Shown here: in pieces, positions 41,480 through 53,786 of the stretch
How positions within the stretch are numbered: position 1 is the stretch's first letter
How the letters are laid out: each line of letters starts with the position of its first letter
Source: Bugula neritina
Taxonomy: Eukaryota; Animalia; Bryozoa
Assembly: GCA_964035545.1 (NCBI GenBank)
Contig: OZ037769.1
Span: 12,554,633-12,618,632 of the forward strand
Direction of reading: 5' to 3'
DNA length: 64,000 bases
The notes under the pieces: model-generated
Seen by the model: the letters and a program-made list of their open reading frames with translations, nothing else
What the model was told of the DNA's origin: nothing
Database searches by the model: none
Made by a program: the position numbers and the translations under genes

Positions 41480-44400
41480 TAGTATATGCCAACTAAACGG
41501 TGTTGCCATACATTTAGGTATAGTGCTAAATTAATAGATCAACAAGAAGTGAATAAAGACATTCAGGGCTGATGACTAAGCCAGCATTCCTAACCCAAAG
41601 TTGACCAATAAGACGCAGACTACAATCAAAGTTATCAAAAGACCAGCTGACACGAAGTTCAACTCACTCTCCTTGATATTGTGGGCGGAGACTTCTTTCT
41701 TAAGTCTCGCCAGTTTCACTTCAACCTCTAAGACCTTTATCTTCAAATCCAGCATTCGGCATTTCAGCTCGTAGACTTTATTCTCGTGAGAGTTGAGGAG
41801 ATCATTGGCATCCGGCGTACTGCTGTCAATATTTGCCATCTACAGGTACACAGTGCAGGTATTATATTATAACACACAACTCTACAGTTACTCCATACAA
41901 TAATGACTATAATATAGTAATTATTGTGTGGAGTAACCGTAGATGTGTATTAATATTATAATATATTTAATATAATATTATTATAATACACAACTATATA
42001 GTTACTCAATACAATAGTTACTACATTATAACACACAACTCTACAGTTACACAGTGTAGTTACTATATTATAACACACAACTCTACAGTTACACAGTGTA
42101 GTTATTATATTATAACACACAACTATATAGTTACACAGAGCGTAGAATATTCTAGATAAGTTCAACACCCACCAGTTTCATGGTGCAGGTAATCTCGTGA
42201 CTGGAGTGTTTAGACTGAGCTCTTAAATGTTGTAGTTTTACATTCAGTTTCTCACCTTCTAACCTACAGATCATAGAAACAAGAAGTAGAGTGAACAGGG
42301 AGCTTAAGCTAACTAGCTAGCAATACATGACAATATACTAAGGCTAAAGATGACTCACTAAACAGTGTATATGCTGGGAAAAGGTTTATTTCTATTATAC
42401 TGACATTATTGAAAAGATAACTCCACAAGCTTTCCGCTTGCTTACAAAAATGTATGTTGAAACTAATTTAAATTACTAAAATATTTCAAAACATAAAACT
42501 TCCAGCCTACATTTTTAATATTTGCATTATAAATACACATCAAGTATTATATTATATTATAGCCCAGAGAAAAAGAGTCAAGTTACACTAGACAAGAGTT
42601 GCAACAAGAAAACGAGGATTTTCTTCCCTCAACTCTTGCATTGCAGTTGCAGAAAAACTCATAACTAATAATCTCGTGACACCAACTCTTTCGAGTTGAG
42701 TTGTGAGAACGAGTAGAGGTAGTGATACCTGAAGAGCCTGCTACTCGCTAGTCTGGTGAATGAAGCTTTGCCAAACTTGCTCTGGTCTTTCTTCATTCTA
42801 CTGTGCATGTCTAAAAATAACCAGTCTGACTGATTAGTGAAGGTACTGAAAGAAGTGACTATGACTGATCAGTGAAGGTGCTGAAAAAAGTCACTGTGAA
42901 TGTTGATCTGGAAATCAGCAGAGACAATTTCAAACGAAATATTTAGTTATTAGTCCATTTTCAAAACTATTTCAATTTTCAAACAAAAGCAAGATTGTAT
43001 ATTATACACAACACTAGCATCTTACAGCATTAGTAGTACACATTATGAGTAACAGGAATAATAGATGTGCTATTAAGAGCTGCCTACCACTGAGAAATGA
43101 GTATATAGTAGAATAGAAAGAGACGTAGTGGTCTAGAATTATGGTCTGCATCTCAGAGTACTGGCCATCCCAGTGTAGCAGTTTCTTTGTGTGCTCCGCC
43201 TTCGGACGGGGACCAAGTGCTGGGTCGGCCAGGTGGCTCTGTAAGGAGCGCAGCAATCATGAGTGACTGACAGTTACTAGAGACTGACAGCTATGAGTAA
43301 CTAATAGTTATGAGTAATTAATAGTTATGAGTGACTAATAGTTATGAGTAACTAATAGTTATGAGTGACTGACAGTTATGAGTAACTAATAGTTATGAGT
43401 GACTGACAGTTACTAGAGACTGACAGTTATGAGTAACTAATAGTTATGAGTAACTAATAGTTATGAGTGACTAATAGTTATGAGTAACTAATAGTTATGA
43501 GTGACTGACAGTTACTAGAGACTGACAGTTATGAGTAACTAATAGTTATGAGTAATTAATAGTTATGAGTAACTAATAGTTATGAGTGACTAATAGTTAT
43601 GAGTAACTAATAGTTATGAGTGACTGACAGTTACTAGAGACTGACAGCTGAGTGACTGACAGTTAGATAGCACAGCTTTGTAGAAACTAGCCATATTGTA
43701 TAGGAAAAGAAGAAAAGCTTGTAATGTAATTATTAAGCAGTATAACTTGAAAGGGAACCTGCTCGTTTACATGTAAAAGCATAATTTCAAAACTGCTCAA
43801 TCAATCAAAGTATGCTGGTTTTGGAAGAGATCTTTTCATCCAGGTGTTTTTAAATATGCAAGACCTATCATGCTAACCATGCTACAGACCTTTTTGGGAA
43901 TAGTGATAACTAAAAAGGAACATGTGCATGTTATTTCTGGCAAAGCCACAAAGACAACCATTGAGACTGCTGAATACAATCAAGAGAGCACAACAAGGTA
44001 CCAAATTTTCAACAGAGATGCGTGAAATGAGGCACTCCTTAGTGTTACTAAGTTACCTTGGCAATCCTCATCTTTTCATTGGCTATTTCTCTAAGGTCAA
44101 TGAAAGGGTGGAGCTTAGCATTATATAAAGCCGTTAGAGCCCGGCACCAGTCATTGAATGCTTTGTCCTCCAGCTCGTAGTCTTGGCAGAGCTCCTAGAG
44201 TATACAGTATACATGGACAGTGGCACAGGTTACTGGAGAACCCCACATGATACGACAACTCCACATCAAGTGCTAAACCAGTTCAGATTATCTGATAAAC
44301 TGAGCACTTTACAGAAAAAAATTAAAAATACAATTTTTTGATATAAACACAGCATTGTCAGCCAGTGTGCATTTTGAAGTCACTTTAATTAGCTGCACAC

Positions 44401-47400
44401 CAGCAAGAACTTTAATCATTTACATAAACTTCCGTAACACCAATTTTATTACAGTGCTCCCTCCATATCTCACTAAGCTGCAGGTTTGATTCATGGCAAT
44501 AGAATACCAGACTTAACTCAGATCTATTAAACTCAGCCATTTTGTTCCTATACAGACATTTATAAGCTAAAACGGGGGTCCAAGCCCTTCTAGCGACCTG
44601 CGGAATTTCGTGAGAAATAAGACTGTGAGATATGGAGGGAGCTCTGTATTTGCTGTGAGATATGGAGGGAGCTCTGTATTTACTGTGAGATATGGAGGGA
44701 GCTCTGTATTTACAAAGTTGTGTAGTGAACAAAGTATAGAGCCAATCAGAACTGAGGACTACCTGCAGGTTGACAGCGTACTCGCTGCCGAGGTGAGCAA
44801 CGTTGATGACGCGCTCTCTAGCAATGTCTACCTGCTCCTCGAATTCCTTGATCTTCCAGTCGTTCAGCTGATCGTAATATTCTGAATCATTCATTTCCTC
44901 AAACCAGACGGCGAGGAATAGCTTCTGACCACACACGTCTACTGCACACTACAGAGAGAATGTTACACGTCTACTGCACACTACAGAGAGAATGTTACAC
45001 ATATACATACTGCACACTACAGAGAGAATGTTACACATATACATACTGCACACTACAGAGAGAATGTTACACGTCTACTGCACACTACAGAGAGAATGTT
45101 ACACGTCTACTGCACACTACAGAGAGAATGTTACACGTCTACTGCACACTACAGAATGTTACACATATACATACTGCACACTACAGAGAGAATGTTACAC
45201 ATATACATACTGCACACTACAGAGAGAATGTTACACACACATCTACTGCACACTACAGAGAGAATGTTACACACACATCTACTGCACACTACAGAGAGAA
45301 TGTTACACATATACATACCGCACACTACAGAGAGAATGTTACACATATACATACCGCACACTACAGAGAGAGAATGTTACACATATACATACTGCACACT
45401 ACAGAGAGAATGTTACACGTCTACTGCACACTACAGAGAGAATGTTACACATATACATACCGCACACTACAGAGAGAATGTTACACATATACATACCGCA
45501 CACTACAGAGAGAGAATGTTACACATATACATACTGCACACTACAGAGAGAATGTTACACGTCTACTGCACACTACAGAGAGAATGTTACACATATACAT
45601 ACCGCACACTACAGAGAGAATGTTACACATATACATACCGCACACTACAGAGAGAATGTTACACATATACATACCGCACACTACAGAGAGAATGTTACAC
45701 ATATACATACTGCACACTACAGAGAGAATGTTACACATATACATACTGCACACTACAGAGAGAGAATGTTACACATATACATACCGCACACTACAGAGAG
45801 AATGTTACACATATACATACCGCACACTACAGAGAGAGAATGTTACACATATACATACTGCACACTACAGAGAGAATGTTACACGTCTACTGCACACTAC
45901 AGAGAGAATGTTACACGTCTACTGCACACTACAGAGAGAATGTTACACGTCTACTGCACACTACAGAGAGAATGTTACACGTCTACTGCACACTACAGAG
46001 AGAATGTTACACATATACATACTGCACACTACAGAGAGAATGTTACACGTCTACTGCACACTACAGAGAGAATGTTACACGTCTACTGCACACTACAGAG
46101 AGAATGTTACACATATACATACTGCACACTACAGAGAGAATGTTACACGTCTACTGCACACTACAGAGAGAATGTTACACGTCTACTGCACACTACAGAG
46201 AGAATGTTACACGTCTACTGCACACTACAGAGAGAATGTTACACATATACATATTGCACAGAGGAAGAGAGAGAGAGTGATAGCGTGAATGAATGAGTGT
46301 GAGAGAATGGGCGAGAGAAATTCCAGCCACATAGCAATGAGCGACTCACCTGAAACCATTTCTCGAGCTCAGTGCAGACATTTCCCTCGGCCTGCTCACG
46401 GTCATATATGAAACACCACACTCCTGTGAAACATCAACACAGCAAGTTCAAGGTCACCATTACAACACATCAGCCCCTTGCAGCATAATGTTCGCAAGTT
46501 TGAAAGCATTCTACCCCTCTCCCCCCAGTTCTGTGTAGCTTAGTAAACTGATATGGCACAAGAGAAACACTTGCCGGAAGATGAGAGGCCAGATGTAAGC
46601 TAACAGCACACTATATAATGTGAAATAATACTATATCTCTTCTGGACACCTTTACCATTCAGCAGAATAAATCTGCACAACTTATAAATATTATGTTGTT
46701 TGAAATTGATAGATCTCTTAATGCGAGCAACAAGATGAAAGCATGCAAAGTAGAGGAAAGTATTGAAATATTATAAGAAATATTAAGATTATTGAAGAAC
46801 CCAACATAAAGATAATCATAAAATTCCTTAAAATTGAGTTACACACTTCACTGATGTGTTGTTAAATTGTTTTTGTGTCACAATGTTGTCTAATATTGAG
46901 CATTTTTGGAGTTCATAATATTATAGGATCTATGATTATTTTAGTATAACATAAAATTCCACAGAATACCGAAGTACTTTTAACGTTCAACACACTGAAA
47001 AGAATTTTGTGACAAGGAAATTCATTTCATGGTGTCAGCTGTAAGCATCAGTTGTGACTCAAAGAGCACAATAGAATAGGTCAGCTTGTCGCCATGGCAA
47101 CAAATGACTAAACCAGGATAGGCTGATGAGTATGTGAATTTTTTGCATTATATTCTCAAGTTGAAATATTTCATCTCTCAACTTCATCTAGCTGTCATGG
47201 CTGACAAGTATGAAAGGCAAGACAACTGACAGTTGCTAATGTGTATTACTATATTACATCACAGCTGGCAATTTCTGAAAGTTATCATTAGACTTTGGAG
47301 TTGTTGCACCAATTTTTTATTCGAATTTTCAACATTGCTCTTCTATTAAATGTGATATCCAATCCTAAAACTTCTTTAACTTCATTACTATTATCCTCAT

Positions 47401-48205
47401 TGGAACAAAAACAATATTTAATTTTGAAACAGTCTATAACTACTTAAAATAATCACATAACCCAACTTTATAACATAAAATTTGAAATATACAATTTCTA
47501 ATTTGAGTATAAATATAATATTTGCTAAAGCAGCTGCTGCCTTACCACGAGGTTCGTATGGCAGCTGAGGGAGAGGATAGTGTGAGAGATTTGGCACCAC
47601 ATCACATAGCTGAGAGTGAAGACACATTAGCTGGTACGAGCCTAGCCCTAGAGTCCATGCCTCCTCCTTCTCAGTAAGATAGGTCCGGGAATGGCGCCGG
47701 CAAGTCACTGCAAACTACACAGGATTTCAGGCTAGATTAATAGTTAGACTATTTTTTACTAATCCTGACTATATATACCTTATGATCTGAGTAAACTTTA
47801 AGATCAGCATTCTAGACTTATATAGAAACAATATAAATTCTGGGGAAATACAGTAAAAACCGAGTTATTGCATGTTTTACATTTAGCGACCCCATAGATT
47901 CTAAATGCTTGGAACAACAACACTAACCAAACTACTGCTAAACTAAACTGCCAACTACCGATATATTATTAGAAACTTATGGTTTTATTAACTGAAAGTT
48001 TGACAAAGTAAAAAGATACGTAACAAACATGGGACTAAGGCAGTACTAAAACACTTTAGAACAAACACTAAATCAATTTATATATACATACTTTATACTC
48101 TTGGTAGTTCCAGCATACAGAGAATATTAGTTTAGTAGTTATCTTATCTTCTTTAAACACTGTGTCTTTCACAGGCACCCAGTCATTACTGATGTCATCA
48201 TCCAT
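39200..48205 (-). CDS. WHAMM/JMY-like WASP-family actin nucleation-promoting factor, 13 coding exons
   Basis: Exons 48205-48092, 47714-47546, 46423-46350, 44948-44763, 44194-44057, 43238-43088, 42810-42729, 42263-42173, 41839-41668, 41380-41208, 40988-40902, 40138-40043, 39868-39200; all phases consistent. N-term DWVPVK..F...WN...KFAVTC...LHSQLC...EPRGVW...DVCGQKLF; coiled coils (HPFIDLREIA, LGPR, KFGKA, ERKRTVQRIKKF); polyproline, WH2-like (MLALIKQGVNLRR) and acidic EEESDSEDEPTDW end. Confidence 0.9.
40536..40806 (-). mobile_element. tRNA-derived SINE family B with a duplicated head
   Basis: Matches 55479-55702 and 56032-56245; the tRNA-like head (gggttcgaac...ctagaccac) occurs twice, at ~40673-40733 and ~40743-40806. 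Confidence 0.75.
41860..42140. repeat. ~39-42 bp degenerate minisatellite filling a WHAMM/JMY intron
   Basis: Recurrent tatattataacacacaactctacagttac. Confidence 0.75.
43259..43664. repeat. 15-17 bp minisatellite beside a WHAMM/JMY acceptor
   Basis: Units gagtaactaatagttat / gagtgactgacagttat / tagagactgacagtta. Confidence 0.9.
44622..44712. repeat. 30 bp tandem repeat x3
   Basis: ctgtgagatatggagggagctctgtattt(a/g) repeated three times. Confidence 0.9.
44933..46260 (-). repeat. 32/36 bp minisatellite made of the WHAMM/JMY exon 4 acceptor site
   Basis: Roughly 38 units of ctacagagagaatgttacac(gtc|atataca)tactgcaca; produces the spurious repetitive ORFs at 44960-46296. Confidence 0.95.
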
Positions 48206-51149
48206 AATTCTGTCAGCATAAGTAAAACTACTTCAACTTCGCCACAAATATGAAATCGGATGAGTCATCAGTGTGCTGAAAGTAACAAAGTTATATAATA
48301 TTATCAGTTGTAGGCAATAAAAAAGATATAATTACGTTAAAGGCGTCCAAAATAAGTAAATTTGATTTACTGTATGCAGGAATCTAACTCTAATAATACA
48401 GCTGTTGCTTTTAATATGCTTCATGGCCGCTATAAAATAATACTCAAAAAGTTGCAACCAGCAGCATATTAAAATTTCAATAGAAAAAACCAACAGCTAC
48501 CCTCTGGTAAAATAGAACGACAAGGTTTTGCGGTGCCAACAATTCTATATTTACCTGTGTGTTATTTAATTGTTTGTGAAATTCAATTTTAAAATATTAA
48601 ATTATAGTCTGAATAGGGAATTGCCTGCAGCCTTATACCATGAAAATTTTGCTTGAGAATAACATCTAACTTTTAAGAATGATAAAAAAATTGTAGAAAA
48701 TGTAAATAAATAAATGATTTTCAAAAAATCATATAACTATAATTATAATACAGTAATAAAAGTAAAGATATAGTAGAGCAAAATAGAAGTAAACTTTGAT
48801 GCTAATTGTGAAGCATCCCAGAAAAATAATTTCAGTTAGTTTACTATTACTGATAGCCATGCTCACCTAGTAAGTCATAATCATACCAATACTTTAACTT
48901 GAAGATAAACTTTAGTACATCACTAGACACTGTGAGTGTGACTGACAGTAACAGTAGACATAATCATATTGAGAGGACTAGCCTTAGGTGAGCAGATAGA
49001 TTTAAAGCTACTGATAGAAGTGGAAGTTAATATAAAAATATGCAATATCATCTTCAATATGAATATTTATATCAAATTAGTTCAGGTTCTACAGTGACAG
49101 TCAACAGTGACACTTATACTTATAGTTATCACCTATGGGTTATGACTAGTGGCCCATGGGTGATAATTCATAACTCAAAAGAAAATGATAGTGGTACTGA
49201 TGGTCATACTCAAAAGATTAACTGTTGTCGGTTAGACTTACTTTTGGTGCTTAAGTCTTAGTCTTACGTCTAACTTTAACTCTATGATAGTGAAATGATG
49301 AGTCATAGTCATTGTGATTGTGATTGTCATACTGATACTCATACTGGTCTGTCATACTGATACTCATATTGATATTGATATTCAATTTGAATTTCATATT
49401 GAATAAGTAACAGCGATATTGATATTCTATTCATAGAATAAGAGTGATGGACTTAGAGTTACACTAATACTAATAGTGATACTCATAGTGATACTCATTG
49501 TGATTGTCATACTTATAGTATCGATAGTGAAATCAGAAATCGTTTGAAGCAGCACGGAGTTGGGGACGTTACTGAGTGCAGTGTTTTTGCGGAAATGCAG
49601 CGTGATCTATTAACTTTAGCCCTTTGAAGAGATGCAGCGATATATAAGAATTGTTCTATAAGCAGCTCCAAGTTGGGGGTGGCTGAGCGCAGTAACTTTA
49701 ATTTTTAAGTTTAAAGTTGAGAGTTTTACTAGCCCCCAACTACAAATTAGAGAAGTATAAACTGCTGCATTCATTTACCTCTAACTCAAAATTGGTGATA
49801 AAACAAGTCAATATAATATTATAATAAGCAGTCACTTATGCCCTTCGGGGAGATGAAGCTCGTGTGCGGACCTTATAGAGTTGCTTTACCTTAAAATAAG
49901 GGAAGCCAAGAATAATAATACAATTGAAGTCACATTGCGTTGTTTGGTATATTGTTATATTATATTGTTTAATGTTATGCTGGTGAGGAAGGATGTAACA
50001 CCAAAAGTAAAATGTAAATCATTCCCTTTTTCCAAAGTGATGGTTAGAGTGAAATTACAAACATAGTACATACAAACAAACATCCGGAACTATTTCAACT
50101 GATGTCAGCTAGATAGAAAAGTATTGTGTTTACTGTTAGGTGCTTTGATTAGCTAAGGTTGTCATAAAGCAATTTTTGGCTGTGCTGTAGGTTCTCCGTT
50201 AATTGTGTAATAAAACATATCATTGTAAAGGTCATTGTTGTAGAGTTAATATAATTGCTAAAATTGTATATGTGCAATGACTTATGCAAGCTTATAATAA
50301 TATAGCCTAATGAAAATAAATAAGAAGCATTAAATATTTTTGCAGTGGTTGTGTTTATAAAATGGGTAAGCTGAAGATGAGCACATGTATGCAGCATATA
50401 CCTATTGATATAGCTAATAATAGAGAGAATAAAAAATACACTAGTTTACTTGCAGAATTATTTATTGTACAGTATGTCTAAGCTCACTCCAGCTATAGAA
50501 ACAACTATAATATAATGTAATAATTTCTTATATACTAGACATTTTTCTGTGATTATAAGGCCAGCAAACATTGATTAATATATATTTCCACATGAGAGTA
50601 TTTTATGAACTTTCCATTGAGACGTTCCAAGTTGTAACATATAGTGCATTAAATACGCACTAGCTCGTTTGTCACCATATGCAATAATTAATAGTCAGGG
50701 ATAAAGTTTGTCACAGCTGTCAATCTCATTATTGTCTTGGCATCAGCCTTTTAAAGAATAGACAAGAGAAACAAAATATTAAGATGAAAAGGATTCCTGC
50801 TTTTACAACATTTTAAATCGATGCCATCTGAGTTTTGAACAAATTACATGTATAATTAGGCATTTCTAGACTAGAGGTTTATATTTTATACATAATAGAC
50901 TCAAACCTATATTAGAATAGTTCTGCTTATTATATTAAAAAATTTTTTTGAAATAATAATATTGTTCTAAATTTTATCAAGCATAAAATAACATAATTTT
51001 AATTCTATAAAGATTCAATTGCATTGCTATAGGAGTAAAATAGTTTTATGATGATTTTATTTTTTGTTGAAATATGGGAACAATTTGAAATATTTGTTGC
51101 TGGAAATTATTTACCATTGACTGAAGAATGCTACAGTTTGTTAGTAAAA

Positions 51150-52364
51150 ATGGCGTCTGATGTTACATGCAAACAATCCTCTGATGAAAGACTTTTGACA
51201 AATTTGGAACTCAATACAATAGTAGGTGTTCGAGCCCAAGGTAAGGACTCTGAAGGGAAATGCATTTATAATGTCTTGGGTACAGATTACAACATCCTTG
51301 GCACGATGCATGTGCACGAGCAAGAAGAAAGTGTAGAGTTTATGGACAACAGTGATAATGTATTATATTCAGCTGAAGGAGGCCTTTTCTGTAGTGATGA
51401 AAACATGGCCCTGTGGGGATTCGATCAGAATGGCTCAAAATTTAAAATAGCTCGGCTTTATCACACTTGGATTAAATATTTTCCCAACGGGTCAGCATGT
51501 GAAAGCTCAGAACTTGATATTGTACACTCTCCAGAATTTTCTGTCACCAATAAAAAAATTGTGGTCAAAAATTCGAGCGGAGATGTGGTAACTGAATTTG
51601 ATCAAAAAAGTAGTTCAGTTGTAACAATGTTCACAGTTCCAACATGGTCGGGAATTGTCAGATCAATCATGATAATGTATTCTCTAAAGATCTATTACTC
51701 AGTATATCAGCTACATTTGAATCCCATGCCGCAAAACATCCTGAAAGAATTGCCAATTGCACAACGAGGTTCGAATATCTCTTTGGAGTGTATTCTAGAA
51801 GATGTGAAGCAATTGAGACTAAGAGCTGCTTTTAGAGATAAAAAAGGAGAGCGTCTCTTTACTGACATCTTGGATGGATGCTCTGGAAACATAAAGATGG
51901 TTGCTGAAGAAAGTACCCAATGCCAGTCTTCAAACGTAGACATTAGAGATGAGTTTGGCTATCTGCAACTGCATTGTTCCTTTGGTACAGAAGATGTTGC
52001 TACTACTATAAGAGTTTACAATAGTTGTGAAACACTTATTGGAATAATTCGTAAAGATGAAGATGTTGGTTGCTTTATCATACTAGATGCGATTCAAGAC
52101 AAACCTTGCTACTTAATCCGAATGACAACTTCTCCAGTTATCTTATTCCAGGTAGCACATGTCTGTTTACCTGACCAGATTATAGCCCAGATCTACGAAG
52201 ACCGATACACCGTGATTGTGAATATGAATGGTGCAACCATAGAGTCTCAGCAGAAAGCACTACTCCTGGTTTTCGCTCACCTACAATCTTTTAAACTGCT
52301 AGAAAACAAACAGCCTTTTCCGCCAGCTGTGGATAGTTATCCTTACAGGATTTCAACTGTGTAG
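51150..52364 (+). CDS. Uncharacterised intronless protein, paralog A (putative tandem scramblase/tubby-like domains)
   Basis: Long ORF homologous end to end to 53787-55013 and 56851-58077; shared start context gtaaaaATGG; ends QQKALLLVFAH...YPYR. Confidence 0.85.
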   Translation: MASDVTCKQSSDERLLTNLELNTIVGVRAQGKDSEGKCIYNVLGTDYNILGTMHVHEQEESVEFMDNSDNVLYSAEGGLFCSDENMALWGFDQNGSKFKIARLYHTWIKYFPNGSACESSELDIVHSPEFSVTNKKIVVKNSSGDVVTEFDQKSSSVVTMFTVPTWSGIVRSIMIMYSLKIYYSVYQLHLNPMPQNILKELPIAQRGSNISLECILEDVKQLRLRAAFRDKKGERLFTDILDGCSGNIKMVAEESTQCQSSNVDIRDEFGYLQLHCSFGTEDVATTIRVYNSCETLIGIIRKDEDVGCFIILDAIQDKPCYLIRMTTSPVILFQVAHVCLPDQIIAQIYEDRYTVIVNMNGATIESQQKALLLVFAHLQSFKLLENKQPFPPAVDSYPYRISTV

Positions 52365-53786
52365 CGTCACTTATGCTATTGCTCTGTTTATTAAATACTC
52401 GAAAAATGTCTCTTTATGAAAAACTGTGATAAGAAAGTATTATTATAAATGCTAATAAAATAATGCTCATAATGTTACTATAACTACTGAAAGTTTCATA
52501 CTTCTATAAAAACTGCAATTAATTGAAAGTTTGCTAAATGTTTATTGTAAATGAGATCTAATGCAAAAGCTAAAGGCTTAAGCATAAAAAACATATTATA
52601 GTATTTCCATGGCATTCCATCATCAGCTGAACTGTTTCTTGTGCCACTCAGTTAGCTGAGTGACATCATCAGTCCTTGTATAGAGTGGTGTAATAATCTA
52701 ATAATCATATATGGTTATCTGACTGAAGCTAACTTAAGTGTTCAGACCATAGAGCAAATTTCAACTTAGTATTATAGTCTACAAAGAGTATGTGCTTCTT
52801 ATTTGCTTGCATAGGTTTAGGGAGTTATTTTTCCTTTATACATACATATGCATGAATCTTTATAAGAAACTTTGGAATTATCCCTCTTTTACGTACACAT
52901 GCGCATGAATTCGTTTTGTTTTGGGAGTTATGTTTATTTTGTATATACCCATTTGGGAATTCTTTTTCTTTTTGTTGTGTGAATCCGGATTTGGCTGAAT
53001 TCAGACACTAGAACTTTGGGGTGTCTGATTTGGAAGAGTTTGGATGTTCGAGCTGAGTTCAAGTGTCTGATTCTGACGCCCGATTCTGAAGATCGAACGT
53101 CCGATTTAGACAATTGATAGCCCAAATCCCATTTTCGAAAGTTCGATTCTGCCCGATTTCTCGAGTAAAATAAGGCAAGCTCGCCAGCAGATACTCAGTC
53201 TACTGCTGGAGCTCAGAGGCACCATACTTATATACAGACTCATATGCTTTTCTTGGAAGCTTACCAATAAAGACATCTTGCACCTGGATTTGCCTTCTTT
53301 TTTCTCTCAACAAAGAGTTCTGTTTTCTTACAAATTCACAAATTATCATAATACGTCACATTGGTTCACACTAAACTTTATTCTCATGAAAATCCTACAT
53401 GATTTCTAATATTGGTTCGTCAAGACCAATTTAGTTATTTTGCTAAAATGCTAATACCAGAGCAAAAAAAAGCAGTTTCATTTTCAATTTAAAGCAATAT
53501 AATGTCATTTCTCAATTTAAAGGTTTGTCTTATAGCATTAAACGTTAAAATATTGCAGAAATGAAACAATTGCTGCTTTAAATTCTTAATCAAGCAGCAT
53601 TGCAGCTTTAAAAAATTTATTTATATAACAATGCAAAGTTTATACTTTTATTCTAACTTGGTTTATTTCTTGCTTTATATTTACTCAATTTATGTTCACA
53701 TTAAAAACACGTTAACTTCCATAAATTATATTAACTTCCATAATAGTATTTTTATATATAATATAATAAATATGTCCATTTGAAGT

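Noticed and set aside
44933-46260. CRISPR-like appearance of the 32/36 bp array
   Set aside because: No unique spacers, no cas genes, eukaryotic intron context.
44960-46296. Three 390-440 aa repetitive ORFs
   Set aside because: Translations of an intronic minisatellite on the non-coding strand of WHAMM/JMY.
49547-49696. Short dispersed motif aagcagct..agttgggggt..ctgag(t/c)gca, also at ~63491 and weakly ~15108
   Set aside because: Probably a repeat fragment, but boundaries and class cannot be defined.
52790-53340. Possible solo LTR (TATA-like, AATAAA, higher GC)
   Set aside because: No matching TSD or second copy found in the window.
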